Assembly: GCA_965202675.1 (NCBI GenBank)
Contig: OZ241842.1
Location: 2,098,918-2,162,917, forward strand
Reading direction: 5' to 3'
DNA length: 64,000 nucleotides
DNA from: Candidatus Spongiisociaceae bacterium
GTDB taxonomy: Bacteria; Actinomycetota; Acidimicrobiia; Spongiisociales; Spongiisociaceae
In this document: one piece after another, positions 30,833-40,158 of the stretch
How the letters are laid out: each line of letters begins with the position of its first letter
How positions within the stretch are numbered: the first letter of the stretch is position 1
Translations under genes and position numbers: made by a program
The notes under the pieces: generated by a model
What the model was told of the DNA's origin: nothing
What the model saw: only the letters and a program-made list of their open reading frames with translations
Database searches by the model: none

Positions 30833-32113
30833 TCAGGGCGGCGGGGCGGGGGGTTCGGGAGCCTCTTCGGGGGGTTCCACTTCCAGGATCAGGCCGTCCA
30901 GCCCTCTCACCGCCACCGGGTCGCCGGGTCCGATCCGCGCCTCCCGGTGGGCGGTCGCTTTCCAGCGGGCGCCGTCCACTTCAGCCACCCCATCGGGGTC
31001 GAAGGCGGTGACGGCCGTTCCCCGCCGCCCCACCAGGCGGCCCCGGCCGAGGGTGGGGGTGGAGAAGCGGGCTCTGGCCACCGTTCGCATCCCCAGCGCG
31101 TAGAAGGCCGCCGCGGAGACCGAGATCATCAGCATGATCCCCCAGGAGGGAACTATCTGGGGGGCGGCGTCGGTGAAGTAGAGGCCGCCCAAGAACACGG
31201 AGGCGGTCCCCGCCGCGGTGAGGAATCCGGTGCGGCCCCGCTGGAAGTCGGCCGTCATCAGCCAGATTCCGGCCAGGGCGGCCGCCAACGCCCAGCCCCG
31301 CACCGGGAGGGCGGTGAGGCCGTAACCTCCGATCAACAGGCAGACCGCGGCGACCGCGGCGGCAAGGCCGGGGCCGAGCGCGTAGAACTCGAGGGCCGCC
31401 GCCGCCAACCCGATGATCAGGAAGAAGAAGGCGGCTTCGGCCCCGGTGGTTGTCCGCAGCAGCCGGATTCCCGGGCCCGGTTCCGAGAACAGGGTCTGCA
31501 CCGCCGCCGCTCCGCCGTCCGTGCGGCGAAGGGTGTTCAGGAGAGTCAGGTCGCCCCGGACCCGGATGATCCGTCCGTCCATCTCCACCAGAAGGTTGTT
31601 GATCGACGGCGCCGCAATGTCCACCAGGCCTTCGACGGGTCCGGCCACTGTTACCGCCCGGTCGGCGTATTCGGCCGGCGGGTAGGCCGGTCCGGAGGAA
31701 GGGGGCCCGCCGGCGACCGCCGGAAGGCCGTAACCCAGCTTCGCTCCGGGCGCGGCGGCTTTGACGGGGGCGGCGGCCAGGAGATGCAGGGCTCCTCCGT
31801 AGGCCGCCGCCGGGGCAGGCCCCACCCACACCGCCAGCGGCAGGGGAGGGTCGGCGATGCGGGCGGCCAGGTGATGGACCGAATCCGACAGGGCGGCGCG
31901 CGAGTCGAGCTGGACGACGGCGGCCGCCGCCCCGGCTTCCGCGGCGGCGTCGATGCGGCGGGAAACGAAGTCGACCGCCCACCGGTCGAGGTTGCCCTCG
32001 ACGGCGATGATCTCTATGTGCCCTCCCTCCTCGACCGGGGCCGCCTCCCCGCACGCAACGGCGAGCAACGCGGCGGCCAGAAGCGCGAGGGGGGCCAGGA
32101 TCCGGGTTTTCAC
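30833..32113 (-). CDS. NfeD family membrane protein
   Basis: Lipoprotein-like N-terminus, ClpP-like domain, TM bundle, C-terminal OB fold (GVAEVDGARWKA...VRGLDGLILEV). Confidence 0.85.
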   Translation of the reverse strand: MKTRILAPLALLAAALLAVACGEAAPVEEGGHIEIIAVEGNLDRWAVDFVSRRIDAAAEAGAAAAVVQLDSRAALSDSVHHLAARIADPPLPLAVWVGPAPAAAYGGALHLLAAAPVKAAAPGAKLGYGLPAVAGGPPSSGPAYPPAEYADRAVTVAGPVEGLVDIAAPSINNLLVEMDGRIIRVRGDLTLLNTLRRTDGGAAAVQTLFSEPGPGIRLLRTTTGAEAAFFFLIIGLAAAALEFYALGPGLAAAVAAVCLLIGGYGLTALPVRGWALAAALAGIWLMTADFQRGRTGFLTAAGTASVFLGGLYFTDAAPQIVPSWGIMLMISVSAAAFYALGMRTVARARFSTPTLGRGRLVGRRGTAVTAFDPDGVAEVDGARWKATAHREARIGPGDPVAVRGLDGLILEVEPPEEAPEPPAPPP

Positions 32114-32193
32114 AGCATCGGGGATGTTAGATAGCGCGGGCGCCTCGACCCGCCGGGGCCGGTCGAGCCGGCGGAGCGGCTAAAGTCGGGGGC

Positions 32194-32550
32194 GTGAAGG
32201 TGCTAGTGGTGTCCGACGCCTCGTGGGTGCGGAACCAGGTGAGGGCCGCGCTCAGCGGGTCTGTCGATATCGTCGAGACAGCCGATCCGCACCGGGCCGA
32301 GCAGGCGGCCGAATCGGTGGACGCCGCCGTAATCGACATGCAGGTCGGTTCGATGGGCGGCATGGCCCTGACCCGCGCCCTGAAGGGAACCCTCCCCGCC
32401 GGGGCCCCCATCGTCCTGCTGCTGGACCGCCAAGCGGACGGGTTCATCGCCAAGCGGGCGGGGGCCGATGCCTGGCTGTCCAAACCCTTCAGCGCCCAGG
32501 CCCTGCGTTCGGTGCTGGCCTCCGTCCTGGCAGTGGGGGCAGAAGGCTGA
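32194..32550 (+). CDS. Stand-alone receiver-domain protein
   Basis: KVLVVSD, AVIDMQVGSMGG, AGADAWLSKPF. Confidence 0.85.
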   Translation: MKVLVVSDASWVRNQVRAALSGSVDIVETADPHRAEQAAESVDAAVIDMQVGSMGGMALTRALKGTLPAGAPIVLLLDRQADGFIAKRAGADAWLSKPFSAQALRSVLASVLAVGAEG

Positions 32551-32617
32551 CCGACCCGCCCGATCCGACCGATTCCCCCGGGCGCCCTCCCGGCAGCGGC
32601 CGTGCAGGGGCGTACGC

Positions 32618-33865
32618 ATGACCTTCCGGCCGGCTTTGCTGGCGGTGTTCGTCGTGTGCCTGCTGTTCTCCGGTTTTCTCTCCGGCAGCGAGACCGCCTT
32701 CACCGCCCTTCCGAAGGAACGCCTCCCCCAGCTGGCCGGGACCGGGCGGCGGGGCCGTCTTCTGGAAAGGCTGGTGGAGGACCTGGAGGGGACGATCGGC
32801 GTCATCCTGGTGGCCAACAACTTCGTCAACATTCTGGCCACGTCGGTGGCCGCCCTCCTGGCGATCGGCCTGGTGGGGGAGAGCCTGGGCACTGTCCTGT
32901 CCACAGCAACGGTAACCGTCCTCGTGCTCATATTCGGCGAGGTGACCCCCAAGATGCTGGCCGCCCGCCACCCCGAACGGTACGGGTTGGTTGCCGCCGG
33001 CCCGGTCTGGACGCTCAGGTCGGCGCTGCGGCCGGTCTCTCGGCTGTTCACGGGGGTGGGGCGGGCCATCATCCGCCTGCTCCGGGTGCCTCCCCCCGCC
33101 GCCCAGGGCGCCACTCTGGCCGATGTCCGGGCTCTGGCCATCCTCGGGGAGCGGAGCGGTGAGATCGAGTCGGGGGAGCGGGAGATCATCGAGCGGCTGT
33201 TCGAGACCGCCGACCAGCCGGTGCGGGGCGTGATGACTCCCCGGATGGACATAACCGCCCTGGTCATGCCGGTTGCGGCGGATGCGGTGCGGGCGGCGGC
33301 GGCGGATACGGCCCATTCCCGGTTCCCGGTGGTGAGCGAGGAGGGAAATCTGGATTCCATCCTGGGCGTCCTCTATGCCAAGGACGTTCTGAGCCGGGGC
33401 GGCGCCCTGTCCGAAGAGGAGATGCTGGCCCTGCTGCGGCCCCCTCATTACGTCCCGGAGAGCGCACCGGTGATGAAGGTGCTCAACGACCTGAGATCGC
33501 GGCGCACCGGTTTGGCGGTGGTGATGGACGAGCACGGGGGTGTGGAGGGGTTGGTGACGGTCAAAGACCTGGTAGGGGAGCTGGTGGGGCAGCTCCAGGA
33601 CGAATACGACCCCCGGGCGCCGGTCATCCTGCCGGTGGGCCGGGGCGCCTGGCTGGCCGACGGGCGCACCCCCATCGATGAGTTCGAGGCCGCCACGGGC
33701 GCGCCGGTCGAGGACGGCCCCTACTCCACGGTGGCGGGGCTGTTCCTCTACCTGTCCGGCCACATCCCGTCGTTGGGGGACGGGGTGGAGTACGGCGGCC
33801 TGGCCCTCACCGTGCTGGCCATGGACCGGCGCCAGATATCCAAGCTCCGGGTGCGCAGGCTGTAG
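32618..33865 (+). CDS. CNNM/CBS/CorC-HlyC (hemolysin-family) transporter
   Basis: [54 protein letters not shown]. Confidence 0.92.
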   Translation: MTFRPALLAVFVVCLLFSGFLSGSETAFTALPKERLPQLAGTGRRGRLLERLVEDLEGTIGVILVANNFVNILATSVAALLAIGLVGESLGTVLSTATVTVLVLIFGEVTPKMLAARHPERYGLVAAGPVWTLRSALRPVSRLFTGVGRAIIRLLRVPPPAAQGATLADVRALAILGERSGEIESGEREIIERLFETADQPVRGVMTPRMDITALVMPVAADAVRAAAADTAHSRFPVVSEEGNLDSILGVLYAKDVLSRGGALSEEEMLALLRPPHYVPESAPVMKVLNDLRSRRTGLAVVMDEHGGVEGLVTVKDLVGELVGQLQDEYDPRAPVILPVGRGAWLADGRTPIDEFEAATGAPVEDGPYSTVAGLFLYLSGHIPSLGDGVEYGGLALTVLAMDRRQISKLRVRRL

Positions 33866-33912
33866 GTGTAGGGAGTAGAAGTTCCCCCCGCCGGCGGGTA
33901 CACTCTCCGCGA

Positions 33913-33989
33913 CGGGCAGTGGCGCAGCTTGGCAGCGCGCTTCGTTCGGGACGAAGAGGTCGCGGGTTCAAATCCCGCCTGCCCGACCA
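33913..33989 (+). tRNA. tRNA-Pro (anticodon CGG)
   Basis: Acceptor stem CGGGCAG/CTGCCCG, D arm GCGCAGCTTGGCAGCGC, anticodon arm CTTCG-TTCGGGA-CGAAG, T loop GGTTCAAATCC, encoded CCA. Confidence 0.97.
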
Positions 33990-34040
33990 ACACCCTCGCA
34001 ACATCCCCGCAGGAGCATAGGGCAAGCGCGGCGGCGGGTG

Positions 34041-35084
34041 TCAGACGACGCGGAGGCGGGTCCCGCCGCTCAGAAACGGGTTGTCGGATTTATCGGCGGC
34101 GTACCCCGATATCGCCGCTATTTCGGACTCGGTGAGGCCGCGGTCGAGCATGGCTCGGCCGATGTCCGATACCAGACGGGGTTTTTCCGGTGCCAGCTCA
34201 TCGCTGACCGGTTCATGGGTGCGCCAACCCAGGGCGCTGAACCTCTTGTACAGGTTGGTTCGTTGTTTGGCGGCGACCACTCCCAGGTGATATCCCCTTT
34301 CGATCAGCGCCTGCATCGACACCCCCCAGTAGCGCTTGAGATCATGGAGGCGGCCGGTGGTGAGGTTGCGCAGTTGGGGCCGTATCACCTCGGCCGGCAT
34401 CAGGAACTCGGCGGCGAAGGCCGTGGCGTCGGCCTCATAGTCATCCGGGACTCCCTGACCGTGAAGGCACAGGTGCCCCAGCTCGTGCGCGAGCGTCAAT
34501 CTCCGGCGGTCGGTCGGGAGCGCCTGGTTGAGCATCACCACCGGATAGGGGTTGTCCCCCCACTGCGACAGCCCGTCGACGCGCCTGGTGCCGAAGTCGC
34601 TGTCGAATACCAGACAACCTGCTGCTTCCATCCATCCGACCAGGTCGCGCACCGGTCCGGCCGGCAGCCGCCACTGGGCCCGCAGCAGGCGGGCCGCCGC
34701 GGCGGGGTAGACATCAAAGGGGTCAAACCAGGGGAGGGTCAGCTCGGCCTGCAGGTCTACCTCGTCCAATAGGTGTGCGGAATGGAGTCGATGGAGGTTG
34801 AGTTGGGCCTCGAGACGGCGCCATACGGTCGGACGGGCTGTCGCTCGTCGCCGCATGTGAGCGCCGCCGGCGAGTGCGCCCTCCATCCGCTTCGCTTTGC
34901 GCAGTAGCTCCGCTGTTACCCCCAACGCCGTTGCGATTTCTTCCAGCATGAGGTCGGTCGGCTCGCACAGGTCGTTCTCATGACGGGACAGAGCCGCCTG
35001 CGTTATACCCAGCCGCCCGGCGAGATCTTTCTGGGTCAGGCCGCCGGCCCGCCGCGCCGTGGCTATGGCCTCTCCCAGGCTCAC
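34041..35084 (-). CDS. Xre-HTH fused to ImmA/IrrE-family metallopeptidase
   Basis: N-terminal HTH (GLTQKDLAGRLGITQAALSRHEND), LAHELGH (HExxH), EADATAFAAEFLMP. Confidence 0.93.
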   Translation of the reverse strand: MSLGEAIATARRAGGLTQKDLAGRLGITQAALSRHENDLCEPTDLMLEEIATALGVTAELLRKAKRMEGALAGGAHMRRRATARPTVWRRLEAQLNLHRLHSAHLLDEVDLQAELTLPWFDPFDVYPAAAARLLRAQWRLPAGPVRDLVGWMEAAGCLVFDSDFGTRRVDGLSQWGDNPYPVVMLNQALPTDRRRLTLAHELGHLCLHGQGVPDDYEADATAFAAEFLMPAEVIRPQLRNLTTGRLHDLKRYWGVSMQALIERGYHLGVVAAKQRTNLYKRFSALGWRTHEPVSDELAPEKPRLVSDIGRAMLDRGLTESEIAAISGYAADKSDNPFLSGGTRLRVV

Positions 35085-35449
35085 CGTTGCCCTGCGGCAG
35101 ACGAGTCGGTGTCGTCATAGGGCAGTTTCACCTGGGGTCGGGCGGGCAGGGATGGGCCTTTAATGTCCACTACATCAAGGGAAGAAATGGATTCCTCCAG
35201 TTCGATGAGCCATATCACATTGTTCGCGCCGTCGCGAGTGTTTACGAGCGTCCGATTATGGAGTACCCACCCCGATTCCGTGGATACCTCTACCCCTCTC
35301 AGCCCGCACTCCCCCCTCAGTCCCGAAGAGCACATTAGTTCTCCGCTGAGCGGCAAGCCTGCGGTTGAGTCGCTCAACACCAGCGAGGTCCGTAGTAGGA
35401 TGGTCGACACGGTAAAGGATGTCTTAACCGAACACCCATGTGATAGCAA
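35081..35449 (-). pseudogene. Degenerate or truncated partner gene upstream of Xre-ImmA
   Basis: C-terminal TRDGANNVIWLIEL...PARPQVKL resembles partners I recall upstream of actinobacterial Xre-ImmA genes; the N-terminal part looks out of frame; GTGA overlap with Xre-ImmA. Confidence 0.45.
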
Positions 35450-36062
35450 GTAACATAGTTCCTATGAGAAGGAACATTATTGCTATCCGGAAAATAGCAG
35501 ACCGGGTTACTAAGGTATTTTCACCTGGTATAACATATTCTAAATAAGCTTGTGCTACTGCTAGTTTACGGGGAGGCTCGACATTACTAAGGAGTGTTAT
35601 ATCGATGGTTCCAAGCAGGTTTTTGGCCGCTACATTCGATGCAACTCCTAGAGCACCTATAAACAGGAACAAGATGGCAGAAATCAACAAAATGGTCCAA
35701 ATAATGGCGTTGTTGGATTCTGATTGGAGGATATCACTGAGGCGATTGACGGCAAAGAGTAATGCACCGAGAGCAGTGGTGAGTAAAAATTGGCTGCGGG
35801 TCTGAAGGTCTGTGAGTTGATTGCGTTGTCGTTCGAGTTGATACTTTCCTTGTTCGATCAGTAGTTCCAGCTCATCATGATCCCAACTTGCAAGGTCGCT
35901 GTGCTCTGTCGTTTGGGCATATTTCACAAACTGTGGAGTCATGCCAGGTCTAATAAGAGCTAAGCAATGATTAATGTACAATATAATACTGAGCTTAATA
36001 ATACTGAGCTTAATCCCTGTTAGCTCCTTCTTTGATCGTATATCATTCATGGCTATTTCCAT
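35424..36062 (-). CDS. Multi-TM membrane protein, Pycsar-effector-like architecture
   Basis: Helix QLERQRNQLTDLQTRSQFLL followed by hydrophobic segments, a loop and a C-terminal TM (FRIAIMFLLIGTMLLAITWVFG); AT-rich; overlaps both neighbours. Confidence 0.7.
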   Translation of the reverse strand: MEIAMNDIRSKKELTGIKLSIIKLSIILYINHCLALIRPGMTPQFVKYAQTTEHSDLASWDHDELELLIEQGKYQLERQRNQLTDLQTRSQFLLTTALGALLFAVNRLSDILQSESNNAIIWTILLISAILFLFIGALGVASNVAAKNLLGTIDITLLSNVEPPRKLAVAQAYLEYVIPGENTLVTRSAIFRIAIMFLLIGTMLLAITWVFG

Positions 36063-36972
36063 TCAACCATTCCGCGATCGCAACAGTGATTTCATGGGAC
36101 CGTTCGCCGAGGAACAACCATTGACCGCCCGGGTTAATATCAACAACCCAGGTAGTGTTACTGTCATCTATCCAGTCCTGGCTAGAGTATCCAACAGCTA
36201 ATTCTCTAGCAAGAGAAACTGCTAGTTTTTCTATTTCCATAGACTTAGTCCAGCGGAAATTGCTATGGGCATCGTTTAGGAAGCGCCAATCTATAGGCTC
36301 ACCTTCCACAACGGCGCGACTGAAACACCAGGACCGATCCCCAACCGTCACGACGCGCAGATGCCGAACAGCCTCAACACGATGTTGATATAGGAAGGGT
36401 TCAGGTTGAAGCTCAATATCAATTAGCTGAGACACATCGCTGGTGGGAGTCGAAACATAATCACTATCCGACAAAAAGCTAGACGGACCTATCGGTTTTG
36501 CTATTAGCTGGTCTGTTCCCAGGATTTCAGCCGCGATGGTTGGAGAACAAGCCAAAGCCGTCTCGGGACTCGCGGCGCCAACAGCCTGCGCCGCCTTCTT
36601 GAGCAACAACTTATTCTCCGCGATAAGGAGTCGATCAAGGTCGGTGAGCCAATCCACACTACTCGTACGTATGAAAGAAACGAGCATTGCCAGCCAATTC
36701 GCCTGTTGGTAAGCGCGACGGGTATGCGCTTCTGTTCCGAGCATCCATCCTGGAGGGGCCAATCGTCGGATCCAGCCGCGGCCCAACCCGCGTATGGACA
36801 TCCAACCATTCCGGCGTTTATGCAACGGTCCATCTACCGATAGAGCTAAGGAGTTGGTCTGCAGGGACTGGACATCAACCACCAACGGGCCGCTCACAAG
36901 GCTCGCTACTGCTGAGAAATGTGGGTCATCGGGCGCGCCGATGAGTACGCACCTCTGCCCTCTGTCATCCAC
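36043..36972 (-). CDS. ATP-grasp ligase, graspetide-synthetase (MvdC/MvdD-like) type
   Basis: AENKLLLKKAA, LIAKPIG, PFLYQHRVEAVRHLRVVTVGD, IDWR, DINPGGQWLFL; the GTG start overlaps the precursor stop by 1 nt (TAGTG). Confidence 0.85.
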   Translation of the reverse strand: MDDRGQRCVLIGAPDDPHFSAVASLVSGPLVVDVQSLQTNSLALSVDGPLHKRRNGWMSIRGLGRGWIRRLAPPGWMLGTEAHTRRAYQQANWLAMLVSFIRTSSVDWLTDLDRLLIAENKLLLKKAAQAVGAASPETALACSPTIAAEILGTDQLIAKPIGPSSFLSDSDYVSTPTSDVSQLIDIELQPEPFLYQHRVEAVRHLRVVTVGDRSWCFSRAVVEGEPIDWRFLNDAHSNFRWTKSMEIEKLAVSLARELAVGYSSQDWIDDSNTTWVVDINPGGQWLFLGERSHEITVAIAEWLNGNSHE

Positions 36973-37142
36973 TACGCGGGAGGAAGCACACCCAAGAACC
37001 ACATCAGGCGGTCATTGTCAATCGTTTCTATGGCGCGGGTCTCGAGGGTGCCTGGGCTTGGGATCGGCTTGGGGTCGGCTTCGCGAGGGGAGCGGACTCC
37101 TATGAGGTCGGTCAACCGCTGGACTCTGTCGCTATTAGGCAT
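36972..37142 (-). CDS. Putative graspetide (RiPP) precursor peptide, 56 aa
   Basis: AAAAGGAG RBS; MPNSDRVQRLTDLIGVRSPREADPKPIPSPGTLETRAIETIDNDRLMWFLGVLPPA; T-x-E-T-R-x-x-E-T-x-D-x-D core; directly upstream of the ATP-grasp gene. Confidence 0.78.
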   Translation of the reverse strand: MPNSDRVQRLTDLIGVRSPREADPKPIPSPGTLETRAIETIDNDRLMWFLGVLPPA

Positions 37143-37168
37143 GTCGCTCCTTTTCACGGTGCCAGGAT

Positions 37169-37177
37169 ATATTACCA
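37169..37177 (-). promoter_or_regulatory. Extended -10 promoter for the peptide/ATP-grasp operon
   Basis: TGGTAATAT (TGn plus TAATAT) about 27 bp upstream of the precursor ATG. Confidence 0.5.
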
Positions 37178-37302
37178 CAACGGACGCGGCATTGGGACAT
37201 ACACGGTGTCGGAGCTTGACAAAACTATCAGTATCCTTCTGGTAGAACGCGCAGTAGAATGAGGGCAAAGCGCGCGATAGAGTGTCGGGAGGGGTAGCTT
37301 TG

Positions 37303-38541
37303 ATGCGGGATCGTCATCTGGAGCGGGTGATCCGCGATGCGCTGGGTTCATTCCGGGTGGTGATGATCCAGGGCGCCCGCCAGACGGGCAAGACCACCCT
37401 GGCTCGGCGGATAGGCTCGTCCGGGACCTTCCTCGGGCTCGACGACGACGGGCTGTTACAGGCAGCCCGCGACGATCCGATCGGGCTCCTGGCCGAGATT
37501 CCCAGGCCCGTGGTGATAGACGAGGTGCAGCGGGCGGGCGACTCCTTGGTGCGAGCGATCAAGATGGCCGTGGACAGGGATCCGAAGCCGGGGGGATTCC
37601 TGCTGACCGGATCGGCCGACTTTCTGACCGTTCCCGTTATCAGCGAGTCCCTGGCCGGCCGGGTGGCGATATTCGAGCTGCACCCTTTCTCACAGGGCGA
37701 GGTCGAGGGCCGTGAGGAGGGGTTGCTGGGTCGGTTGTTCCGGGAGCCCGATTCCCTGCGGTCTGTTTCGGCTTCCGCATTGCCCGCCTCGGAATACGCC
37801 CGCCGCGTCTGTACGGGCGGGTACCCCGAGCCTCTGGAAATGGATGACCGCAACCGCCGCCGATGGTTCGACGCCTATGTGAACACGAGCGTTTCCCGCG
37901 ACGTGGCCGAGATCACGGGGGCGCGCCGAACCCGGGAGATGCCCCGGCTTCTCCGGTCGCTGGCCGCCCGCACCGCCAATGAACTGGTGGTGAGTGCGGT
38001 CCACAACGATATCGGCTTGGGCAGCATCAACACTACTTCCGACTACCTCGCCTACCTGGAGATGATCCGCCTCGTTGCGCTGCTGCCCGCCTGGTCCGCC
38101 AATCTGGGCGCCCGTGTGAAGCGCCGTCCCAAGGTCTACACATCAGACACCGGGCTCGCCGCTTCCCTCCTCGGAAAAGACCCGGTGGCGCTGGCCAGAC
38201 CCACCGACCGGGCCCGCGGCCAGATGTTCGAGACCTTTGCCGTCAACGAGCTGCGCCGTCAGGCGGGCTGGTCGGACCTCGGGGTGGACTTCTTCCATTA
38301 CCGGGACCGCAACGGCAGGGAGATCGACCTCGTTTGCGAAGCGCCCGACGGACGGGTCGCCGCCGTCGAGGTGAAGGCCTCCGCCACCGTCCGGCCCGGT
38401 CACGCCGCCCATATCGCCTGGTTGAGGGACAGGCTCGGCGACCGATTTACGGCGGGGGCGGTTTTCTACACCGGTTCCCTGTCACTGCCCCTCGGCGACC
38501 GAATCTCGGCGCTGCCTTTATCGGCTCTCTGGGAGGCGTAG
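37303..38541 (+). CDS. AAA_14 plus DUF4143 ATP-binding protein
   Basis: QGARQTGKTT, VIDEVQR, FLLTGSA, GGYPE, KRRPKVYTSDTGL, YRDRNGREIDLV...EVKAS. Confidence 0.9.
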   Translation: MRDRHLERVIRDALGSFRVVMIQGARQTGKTTLARRIGSSGTFLGLDDDGLLQAARDDPIGLLAEIPRPVVIDEVQRAGDSLVRAIKMAVDRDPKPGGFLLTGSADFLTVPVISESLAGRVAIFELHPFSQGEVEGREEGLLGRLFREPDSLRSVSASALPASEYARRVCTGGYPEPLEMDDRNRRRWFDAYVNTSVSRDVAEITGARRTREMPRLLRSLAARTANELVVSAVHNDIGLGSINTTSDYLAYLEMIRLVALLPAWSANLGARVKRRPKVYTSDTGLAASLLGKDPVALARPTDRARGQMFETFAVNELRRQAGWSDLGVDFFHYRDRNGREIDLVCEAPDGRVAAVEVKASATVRPGHAAHIAWLRDRLGDRFTAGAVFYTGSLSLPLGDRISALPLSALWEA

Positions 38542-38585
38542 TCGGTCACGATGAACCTGCCGACAGCGTTGGCCCGACCCGACTT

Positions 38586-40157
38586 CTACCAGCGGGTGCC
38601 TCGGCCGGTTACTTCTTCCACGGGCAGGGCGATGGGGTAGCGGCTGCGGATCCATTCGTCCTGTTCTCGGGTGATGTGGGACGGGAAGTGGTTGCGCATG
38701 ACCTCGGTGACGTGTTTGCGGGCCCGTTCGGCGGCGTTGGATGCGCCCAGGTCTTTCCAGTCGTCGGGGCTGTTGCGGTCGCCGATCACCGGGTACAGGT
38801 ATTCGCTCTGCATGAGCCGGAGGGTCTGCTCGCTGCCCAGGAAGTGGCCCGGTCCGGCGATGGTGTCGCGGATCACCTGAGCCGAGAGGGAGCCTTCGTC
38901 GATGTCCACGCCCCGGATGGTGCGTACCGCGGCGCCCAGCATGTCGTTGTCGATCGCCAGGGCTTCGAGCGAGCAGGCCAGCAGGGAGGCCAGCATCCCC
39001 GCCGACTCGTACACCACGTTGGCGCCCGCCAGGCCGGCCAGGACGGTGGTTATGCCCTTCTCGTAGCCGGCTTGGTTGTCGGGCAGTTTCGAGTCGGCCA
39101 TTCCCGCCGCCACCCCGGAGGGAAGGCCCAGCCAGTTGACCACCTGGGCGGCGGCGGCGTTGAGCACCGCCGCCTCGCCCGACCCGCCGCTCATGGCCCC
39201 GGTGCGCAGGTCCGACACGAACGGCCACAACCCCATCACGCACGGATGCCCGGGGCTGATCAGGTTGACGCTGGTGAGGCCGGCCAGGCATTCGGCCAGG
39301 GCTTGGACCAGCGACCCCCCCAAGGCGGCGGGCGAGGTGGCCCCGGCCTGCCCCGCCGACAGCAGGTTGATGGGCATCCCCGTGTGGATCTGGGCCGCCA
39401 TGCACTCGGCGGATTCGTAGGCGAAGCGGAGGGGCGGCACCACGAAGGTGTTGTTGGCGCAGGCGAAGGGCCGCCGCCGGAACTCGCCCTTCCCGCCCAG
39501 CACATGGTCGTACATATCCACCACCTCGTGGACGTGTTCGGGCCGGAAGAAGGAGGTCCCCTGGGGTTTGTCGGTGCCCATCATCACCGCATAGGCCGTG
39601 TTGATGTCAACCTCGCGGGAGGATTCCACGTCCCTGGTAACCACGGTGCGCATGAAGATGTGGATGTGCTCCAGCGTGTCGACCAGGCGGGCCGCGTCGT
39701 AGAGGTCGGCGGTGGTGGAGGGGCGGAACTCCCGGCTGCCGCAGTCCAGCATCAGCACCGCCGCCCCCGCCGTGCTGTAGTGGACCCTGCGGTCGGACAG
39801 CTCGAGGCTCTTGTCCTCGTCCAGGCCGTGCCACACCCACGACTTGGCGGCGGTGCTCTCGATCACCCGCTCCACCACCGCCCGGGGATAATGAAGCCGC
39901 CCGCCGTCGTCCATGCGCCCCCCGGCCCCGGTTACCGCCTTGACGAACTCGGGGATCGGGTCGCCCATCCCCACCTCGTCGATCAGCTCCAGGGCGGTGT
40001 CGTACACCCGCTGCATGTCGGACTCGGTGAGGGGGGCGAAGGCGCCGCCCTCCAGACCCGGGCGGACGGCGCGCTCGCCGGGCGCGGGGCCCGCCGCCCG
40101 GGCCGCCACCCTGGCGGCCCGCCCTCCGGCGCGTCTCCGGCGGGTCGCGTCAGCCAT
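38586..40157 (-). CDS. Trimethylamine methyltransferase family protein (MttB superfamily, no pyrrolysine)
   Basis: PLRF...P...SAGQAGATSPAALGGSLVQALAE, SDLRTGAMSGGSGE, YESAGMLASLL, GPGHFLG; no in-frame TAG. Confidence 0.92.
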   Translation of the reverse strand: MADATRRRRAGGRAARVAARAAGPAPGERAVRPGLEGGAFAPLTESDMQRVYDTALELIDEVGMGDPIPEFVKAVTGAGGRMDDGGRLHYPRAVVERVIESTAAKSWVWHGLDEDKSLELSDRRVHYSTAGAAVLMLDCGSREFRPSTTADLYDAARLVDTLEHIHIFMRTVVTRDVESSREVDINTAYAVMMGTDKPQGTSFFRPEHVHEVVDMYDHVLGGKGEFRRRPFACANNTFVVPPLRFAYESAECMAAQIHTGMPINLLSAGQAGATSPAALGGSLVQALAECLAGLTSVNLISPGHPCVMGLWPFVSDLRTGAMSGGSGEAAVLNAAAAQVVNWLGLPSGVAAGMADSKLPDNQAGYEKGITTVLAGLAGANVVYESAGMLASLLACSLEALAIDNDMLGAAVRTIRGVDIDEGSLSAQVIRDTIAGPGHFLGSEQTLRLMQSEYLYPVIGDRNSPDDWKDLGASNAAERARKHVTEVMRNHFPSHITREQDEWIRSRYPIALPVEEVTGRGTRW

Positions 40158-40158
40158 A

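Noticed and set aside
35984-36013. 15-bp tandem duplication (IKLSI x2) in the membrane gene
   Set aside because: Real but in-frame and only two units; no evidence of function.
36972-37268. 98-aa version of the precursor ORF
   Set aside because: The RBS and an extended -10 lie inside it, just upstream of Met43 (37142), so the 56-aa form is preferred.
38572-38579. GCCCGACC as an attR copy of the tRNA-Pro 3' end
   Set aside because: Only 8 bp in GC-rich DNA and no integrase in the island, so not distinguishable from chance.
38586-40157. Pyrrolysine recoding in the MttB homolog
   Set aside because: The ORF has no in-frame amber codon and no pyl genes are present.
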